Shown: in pieces, positions 27,223-32,000 of the stretch
Numbering within the stretch: the stretch's first letter is position 1
Layout of the letters: the number at the start of each line of letters is the position of its first letter
Assembly: GCF_000017305.1 (NCBI RefSeq)
Contig: NC_009664.2
Location: 2,760,001-2,792,000, forward strand
Direction: 5' to 3'
Source: Kineococcus radiotolerans SRS30216 = ATCC BAA-149
Lineage (GTDB): Bacteria > Actinomycetota > Actinomycetes > Actinomycetales > Kineococcaceae
Length of the DNA: 32,000 bases
Made by a program: the position numbers and the translations under genes
The notes under the pieces: generated by a model
What the model saw: the letters and a program-made list of their open reading frames with translations, nothing else
What the model was told of the DNA's origin: nothing
The model's database searches: none

Positions 27223-27228
27223 TAGCGT
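27223..27228 (+). promoter_or_regulatory. Possible -10 hexamer (TAGCGT) positioned for a leaderless transcript starting at GTG 27235
   Basis: TANNNT has its last T exactly 7 nt before the GTG start. There is no SD sequence upstream. Confidence 0.4.
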
Positions 27229-27234
27229 CGTCCG

Positions 27235-27789
27235 GTGCCCCGAACGACTCCGCTGCTGCTCGCCGCCTGCGCCGCCCTCCTGCTCCCGCTCTCCGCCTGC
27301 GGGGGTGACGACCCGGCCGAGGCGACCTCGACCCCCAGCGTCGCCGCGAGTGCGAGCCCGATCGCCGTCGCGACGCCCGCAGTGCCGGCGGGGTTCCCCG
27401 ACGCCCCCGTCGCGGTGACGTCGACGGCCGTCGACGGGGTGACGCTGGAGGTGTACCGGGCGCTGCGCAGCGGGGACTCGGTGACGTTGGCGTTCGCGGC
27501 GCGGAACACGGGGGCGGAGCAGGCGAACCTCGGTCAGCGGCTGGGGTCGGACCCCCTCCACACGGACGCCTCGGGGGTCTCGCTGTTCGACCCCGTCGGC
27601 CTGAAGCGCTACCTCGTCCTGCTGGACAGCGCAGGGGGCTGCCTGTGCAGCAGCAACGCCGTCTGGGTGGAGCCCGGGGAGCACCGGTTCCTCACCGCCA
27701 CGTTCTCCGCTCCGCCAGCCGACGTGGACTCCGTCACGGTGGAGACCCCCATCGGTTCCCTGCCCGCGATCCCGCTCACCGAGGCCTGA
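27235..27789 (+). CDS. Lipoprotein of unknown function (predicted beta-sandwich, CxCS motif)
   Basis: The lipobox is LLLPLSAC|GG. An Ala/Pro/Ser linker is followed by a beta-rich domain (VTLAFAARNTG, LFDPVGLKRYLVL, GGCLCSS). Confidence 0.7.
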   Translation: MPRTTPLLLAACAALLLPLSACGGDDPAEATSTPSVAASASPIAVATPAVPAGFPDAPVAVTSTAVDGVTLEVYRALRSGDSVTLAFAARNTGAEQANLGQRLGSDPLHTDASGVSLFDPVGLKRYLVLLDSAGGCLCSSNAVWVEPGEHRFLTATFSAPPADVDSVTVETPIGSLPAIPLTEA

Positions 27790-27790
27790 G

Positions 27791-28333
27791 GTGGGTCTCC
27801 CGCTGGCCCTCGCCGGGATCCTGCTGCTGACCGCGACGCCGTCGCCGGCCCCCAGCGTCCAGCCATGGGTGGGCGACCCGGCCGACGGACCGGCCGGCCG
27901 GGTCCTCGCGGTGGCTCCGCGCGTCCTCGACGTCGGGCCCCGCGTCGAGGACGTCGTGCAGCCCGTCCCCGAGGGGGAGTCCATCACCGTCGGCGCCGAC
28001 GTCCTGTTCGCCTTCGGCTCCGCCGACCTGCCCGCGTCCGCGGCCGGCCAGCTCGCCGGGATCGGGGCGCGGATCGGCCGTGGGCACCCCACCGCCATCC
28101 GCGTCGAGGGCCACACCGACGGGATCGGCGACGACGCCGCCAACCAGTCGCTCTCCGAGCGCCGGGCCGCGGCCGTCGCCGCCGCCCTCTCCGCCGCCGC
28201 GGCGGGGGTCCCGGTGCAGCAGGAGGGTTTCGGGGAAACCCGTCCGCTGCGGCCGGAGACGACCGCGAGCGGTGAGGACGACCCCGCCGCCCGCGCCGCG
28301 AACCGCCGCGTCACGGTCGTCCTGCGGGACTGA
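27791..28333 (+). CDS. OmpA/MotB C-terminal-like peptidoglycan-binding protein
   Basis: GTG lies 1 nt after the lipoprotein stop. N-terminal hydrophobic segment. The OmpA_C core is VLFAFGSADL...VEGHTDGIGDDAANQSLSERRAAAV...NRRVTVVL. Confidence 0.85.
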   Translation: MGLPLALAGILLLTATPSPAPSVQPWVGDPADGPAGRVLAVAPRVLDVGPRVEDVVQPVPEGESITVGADVLFAFGSADLPASAAGQLAGIGARIGRGHPTAIRVEGHTDGIGDDAANQSLSERRAAAVAAALSAAAAGVPVQQEGFGETRPLRPETTASGEDDPAARAANRRVTVVLRD

Positions 28334-28357
28334 GGCGCCGTCTGCCACGGTGGGGCG

Positions 28358-29143
28358 GTGACCGACGCGCACGCACCGCTGGCCGACCTCGTCGCTGCCG
28401 TCCCCGGCCTCCCGACCGGGCGGCTCGTGGCGCCGGCGGGCTACGGCGGCGCCGAACCCCTCCTGTGGGTCGCCGACGTCCCCGCCGGGCGGGGGCGGTG
28501 GGCGGAGCTGGCCGCGGCCCACCCGGCGACCGGTCTGTGGCCGGTGCTGCTGGAGGGCCTGGCCGAGGGCGACCTCGCCCGCCCCTGGCTGGAGGGGGAG
28601 TTCGCCCCCGCGCCGTGGGCCCCCCTCGACGTCCCCGCGCTGGAACCGCTGCTGGCCGAGGCCTTCGCCGGCGCCTTCGAGGACGAGGACGAGTTCCCCG
28701 CCGGGCCGCCGCCGTGGCCGGGCCCCTCCCCGGCGCTGACCCCGGTCGCCGACCCCGCCGCGGTCGCCGCGGTGCTGGCCGACGAGCTCGTCGACCACGG
28801 CGCCCCCCGGCACCTGGGGCTGGTGCCGGCCGCGCGCGGCGCCGACGTCCTGGCCGTCCTGGGCTGGCTGGGCGCGACGAACCACGACACCGCGCCGGGG
28901 GTGCTGTCGTCGGTGCTGCGCAGCTGGGAGGACCGCTTCGGCGTCCGGCTGGTCGCCCTCGGCTTCGACACCGTCGTGGTGAGCGTGGCGGCGCCGCCGG
29001 CCGACGCGGCCGAGGCGCTCCCGGTGGCCGCCGAGCACCTCGGCTTCTGCTACGACGCGGTCTTCCAGGACGGGCCGGGCGACCTCGCCGCGTACGCCGC
29101 GGAGCTCGTCGGGACGGGCGCCTGGCGCTTCTGGTGGGACTGA
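28358..29143 (+). CDS. DUF4253-like protein
   Basis: GLWPVLL, LGWLGATNHD, VLRSWEDRFGVRLVALGFDTVVV and the terminal GAWRFWWD match my memory of DUF4253. No signal peptide. Confidence 0.6.
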   Translation: MTDAHAPLADLVAAVPGLPTGRLVAPAGYGGAEPLLWVADVPAGRGRWAELAAAHPATGLWPVLLEGLAEGDLARPWLEGEFAPAPWAPLDVPALEPLLAEAFAGAFEDEDEFPAGPPPWPGPSPALTPVADPAAVAAVLADELVDHGAPRHLGLVPAARGADVLAVLGWLGATNHDTAPGVLSSVLRSWEDRFGVRLVALGFDTVVVSVAAPPADAAEALPVAAEHLGFCYDAVFQDGPGDLAAYAAELVGTGAWRFWWD

Positions 29144-29168
29144 CCCCGCGGGCTGGCACCCTGAGCCG

Positions 29169-29567
29169 GTGTCCTTCGACGTCCCCCGCACCCGGGGCTG
29201 GGCCCCGCACGTGCCCGCGGCGCTCGCCGCGCTGACCCTGCTGCTGGGTCTGCAGCTGCTCGGCACCCTCCTGGTCGACCTCGCGCACCTGCCGGTGCCC
29301 GGGGCGGTCGTCGGGCTGGTGGTGCTGCTGGTCGTGGGCGCGCGGTTCCCGGGGTTCGCCCGGCGCGCCGAGCCCGCGGGGGAGCCGCTGCTGAAGCACC
29401 TGCAGCTGCTGTTCGTCCCGCCCGGGGTGGGGGCGCTGACGCAGTGGTCGGCCGTCGTCGGCTCGGCGGGCCCGCTGGCCCTGGCCGTCGGCGGCTCCTT
29501 CGCGCTGGGGCTGGTCACCGCCGGGGTCGTCCTGCAGCGGCTGCTGCGGCGGGGGCGGTCCGCGTGA
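29169..29567 (+). CDS. lrgA: CidA/LrgA family membrane protein
   Basis: A ~130-aa protein with 4 TM segments. PVPGAVVGLVVLL and HLQLLFVPPGVG are signatures. Directly coupled to lrgB. Confidence 0.8.
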   Translation: MSFDVPRTRGWAPHVPAALAALTLLLGLQLLGTLLVDLAHLPVPGAVVGLVVLLVVGARFPGFARRAEPAGEPLLKHLQLLFVPPGVGALTQWSAVVGSAGPLALAVGGSFALGLVTAGVVLQRLLRRGRSA

Positions 29568-30259
29568 ACGCGGTGGTCCACGCTCCCGGTTTCGGGCTGG
29601 CCCTGACGGTGGCGGCGTACCTGGGGGCGGGGGAGCTGCACCGCCGGCTGGGCCGGCCCGCCCTGCTCGCCCCGGTGCTGGTGGCGATGGTCGTCGTCGC
29701 GGGAGCGCTGGAACTGCTCGGCATCCCCTACGAGGAGTACCTCGCCTCGGTCTCGGTCCTCACGCTGCTGCTGGGACCGGCGACGGTGGCCCTCGCGCTG
29801 CCGCTGCTGCGCTCGGGGCGCGCGCTGCTGGCCGACCGGGCGGCGGTGCTCGCGACCCTCCTCGTCACCGGGGTGGTCAGCGTCGCGGTCACCGTCGCCG
29901 CCCTGGTGGGGCTCGGCGCCGACGACGGCCTCGTGCTGACGGCGCTGCCCCGTTCGGTCACCACCCCCGTCGCCCTGACGCTGGGGGAGGCGATCGGGGC
30001 GAACACCGCCCTGGCCGTCGTGCTCACCCTGGTCTCCGGCGTCCTCGGCGCCACCGTCGGGCCCTGGCTGCTCGACCGCGTCCGCGTCGTGGACCCGCGG
30101 GCCCGCGGTTTCGCCCTCGGGGTGGCCTCGCACGGCATCGGGACCTCGCGGGCGCTGGCGGAGTCCGACGTCACCGGGGGGTGGTCCAGCGCGGCGATGG
30201 TCCTCAACGCGCTGGCGATGACGGCCGCCCTGCCGGTGGTCGCGACGCTGTTCCGCTGA
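29564..30259 (+). CDS. lrgB: LrgB/CidB family membrane protein
   Basis: GTG overlaps the lrgA stop (GTGA). LLLGPATVALALPL, LPRSVTTPVAL and GVASHGIGTSRA. Confidence 0.85.
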   Translation: MNAVVHAPGFGLALTVAAYLGAGELHRRLGRPALLAPVLVAMVVVAGALELLGIPYEEYLASVSVLTLLLGPATVALALPLLRSGRALLADRAAVLATLLVTGVVSVAVTVAALVGLGADDGLVLTALPRSVTTPVALTLGEAIGANTALAVVLTLVSGVLGATVGPWLLDRVRVVDPRARGFALGVASHGIGTSRALAESDVTGGWSSAAMVLNALAMTAALPVVATLFR

Positions 30260-30280
30260 GGCCCGCGCGGGGCGCGGGCC
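30260..30280 (+). terminator. Hairpin immediately after the lrgB stop (9-bp stem GGCCCGCGC/GCGCGGGCC, 3-nt loop)
   Basis: Perfect inverted repeat starting 1 nt after the stop. No T-tract. Confidence 0.5.
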
Positions 30281-30495
30281 CGCGCACCGGCGCCCGCTCT
30301 GCGGGGGCTGTGCGCTCGTTGTAGCGTGCGCATCGAGAACACCGGCGCAGCCGCTGCGTCGTCCGGCCGAACAACGGCCGGCGCTGCCCCCTGTCCACCG
30401 TGCGCGACCCGGCCGAGCCGGGGCCCCCACCCGACAGCAGGTCAGTGGCTCCTGACGGGACGTCCTCGACGTCCCCCGAAACCCCGGAGGTCCCC

Positions 30496-31833
30496 ATGCC
30501 CCTCGGCAGCACCGCTCCCGCGCGCCGTTCCGTCCTCTTCGGCTTCGCCGCCGCCGGTTCCCTGGGGTTGCTGAGCGCCTGCGGCGCCGGGTCGGAGGTC
30601 AGCGGCGCCGGGGAGAGCGCCGCGGCCGGCGGCTGCGACGTCGACGCGCCCACCACGGCGACCACCGTCAACGTCCTCGCCTACGCCAGCACCGCGACCG
30701 ACCCGTTCTCCAAGGCGATGTCCGACGGGTGCACATCGGGTGAACTCACGGTGGAGCTCCCCCCGACCGACCTCGCCGGGCAGCACCAGCGCGCCGTGCA
30801 GAGCTTCTCCGGCCCGACCGCGAGCTACGACATCGTGGAGACCTACGGCAGCATCCGCCCGCTGTACGCCGACCGCGGCTGGGTCGTCCAGCTCGACGAC
30901 ATGATCGCGGCGAACAGCGACCGGTACGCCCTCGACGGGATCGACCCGACCCTCATGGAGGCCGTCGCCTACGACGGGAAGCAGTACACCCTGCCGACCT
31001 TCTGGGGCGTGGCGGTGATGGTCTACCGCAAGGACGTCCTCGAGCAGGTCGGCAAGCAGGTCCCCACCACCTTCGCCGAGCTGATCGACACCGCGCAGGC
31101 CATCAAGGACCAGACCGACATCTCCGCCCCGCTGGCGATCCCCTTCAACCCCTCCGGCGACATCGCCAGCCAGTTCAACCAGGCGCTGCACTCCCTGGGC
31201 GGCGACCTGTTCGTCGAGGGCCAGGCCGTCCCCGCGCTCGACGGCGAACTCCCCGTCAAGGCCATCACGGCCCTCGCCTCGCTGCTGCCGGTGATGAGCG
31301 ACCAGGTCATGAGCTTCTCCTCCCCGGAGGTCATCACCCAGCTGCAGACCGGTCAGGCCGCCCTCGGGCTGCTCATGTCCGGTCGCGTCGCGGACCTCAC
31401 CGACCCGGACAAGAGCAAGTTCGCCGACCAGATCGCCTTCGCCGTCCCCCCGTCGGTGGAACCCGGCGGGCTGCCCATGACCTACCTGTCCGTCGACGGC
31501 TTCTCCATCGCCGAGAACTCCGCCGTCGACCACGAGCTGCTGTTCCAGCTGGCCTGCGTCGGGACCGGCGAGGGCGCGGCGAAGGCCGCCGCCAGCGCCA
31601 CCATCCCCGCGCGCACCGACATCGCCGACGCGGCCGAGCTGCCCGTCAAGGAGGCCGCGCTGGCGACGCTGCCCGACGCCGAACCCCTGCCCCAGGTCCC
31701 GTACATGGCCGACGTGTACACCGCGCTGGGGGCCCCGATCGGGGCCGCCGTGAGCGGGCAGACGAGCGCGCAGGAGGGGGCGGCGGCGGCCCAGGCGGCG
31801 GCGGTGGCGGCCATCGCGTCCGCCGGGTACTGA
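30496..31833 (+). CDS. ABC transporter extracellular solute-binding lipoprotein (family 1, sugar-type)
   Basis: ATG 30496 is preceded by GGAGG. RRSVLFGFAAAGSLGLLSAC is a Tat-like lipoprotein signal. The ~445-aa body is typical of carbohydrate SBPs. A permease follows directly. Confidence 0.85.
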   Translation: MPLGSTAPARRSVLFGFAAAGSLGLLSACGAGSEVSGAGESAAAGGCDVDAPTTATTVNVLAYASTATDPFSKAMSDGCTSGELTVELPPTDLAGQHQRAVQSFSGPTASYDIVETYGSIRPLYADRGWVVQLDDMIAANSDRYALDGIDPTLMEAVAYDGKQYTLPTFWGVAVMVYRKDVLEQVGKQVPTTFAELIDTAQAIKDQTDISAPLAIPFNPSGDIASQFNQALHSLGGDLFVEGQAVPALDGELPVKAITALASLLPVMSDQVMSFSSPEVITQLQTGQAALGLLMSGRVADLTDPDKSKFADQIAFAVPPSVEPGGLPMTYLSVDGFSIAENSAVDHELLFQLACVGTGEGAAKAAASATIPARTDIADAAELPVKEAALATLPDAEPLPQVPYMADVYTALGAPIGAAVSGQTSAQEGAAAAQAAAVAAIASAGY

Positions 31834-31836
31834 GCG

Positions 31837-32000
31837 GTGCGTCGCAAGGACTTCCTGACCCTGGCGGGGCCGGCGGTGGTGCTCATGGCGGCCCTGCTGC
31901 TCGTCCCGCTGGGGACGACGCTGGTGTGGAGCTTCCAGAACGTCCCCGTCGGCCAGCCCGGCACGTTCACCGGGCTGGCGAACTACCGGGACCTCCTGGG
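31837..32000 (+). CDS. ABC transporter permease (MalF/sugar type), N-terminal fragment; continues beyond the window
   Basis: GTG lies 3 nt after the SBP stop. VRRKDFLTLAGPAVVLMAALLLVPLGTTLVWSFQ...GLANYRDLL is a typical permease N-terminus. Absent from the ORF track because it is open-ended. Confidence 0.75.
   Translation, partial: MRRKDFLTLAGPAVVLMAALLLVPLGTTLVWSFQNVPVGQPGTFTGLANYRDLL

Noticed and set aside
30400-30495. GTG 30400 as the start of the solute-binding protein (the track ORF start).
   Set aside because: It would add a 32-aa Pro/Ser-rich extension in front of the Tat/lipoprotein signal. ATG 30496 has a GGAGG SD sequence at the correct spacing.

Overview
By eye this is a very GC-rich (about 70-75%) actinobacterial chromosomal segment. 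The sequence style suggests a Kineococcus-like actinomycete, but that is a guess I cannot verify here. It reads as core or near-core genome. I call 33 protein-coding genes, most of them tightly packed, and four pairs are coupled through ATGA/GTGA overlaps. I found no rRNA, tRNA, CRISPR array, transposase, integrase or phage gene.

Firmly recognisable housekeeping genes are purA, purD, purC, aroC, a PLD-type cardiolipin synthase and ku. The rest fall into these groups:
- Signalling: a SpoIIE/PP2C-HATPase fusion and a GAF-GGDEF cyclase.
- Envelope and transport: an MMPL transporter with a divergent TetR, a PIG-V-like membrane glycosyltransferase, a FUSC-like exporter, a lipoprotein-OmpA-DUF4253-LrgAB string, and a sugar ABC transporter.
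- Iron: two tandem siderophore-interacting reductases behind an IdeR-like box.
- Secreted: a cutinase.
- Several GNATs.

Most very long ORFs in the supplied track are wrong-frame or antisense shadows produced by the high GC content.

I do not see a clear-cut novel multi-gene system such as a defence island. The observations most worth a second look are:
1. An orphan Ku has a 126-aa Lys/Ala/Thr tail built on perfect 15-bp tandem repeats. It is divergently paired with a poorly characterised glycosylase-annotated gene rather than LigD.
2. An MMPL transporter carries three C-terminal carboxypeptidase-regulatory-like beta-sandwich repeats.
3. A TetR gene and the cardiolipin synthase sit in the same frame, separated by a single TGA. 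The synthase's first transmembrane helix is encoded upstream of any canonical start codon.
4. A 340-bp unassigned stretch contains the least GC-rich patch I noticed on reading. It also holds a coding-looking small ORF that overlaps the convergent gene by 97 bp.
5. A perfect (GGGGCC)3GGGG motif lies 8 nt upstream of a TTG start.
6. A lipoprotein/OmpA/DUF4253/LrgAB string is a possible envelope module.

All family assignments come from motif recognition by eye and need HMM or BLAST confirmation.
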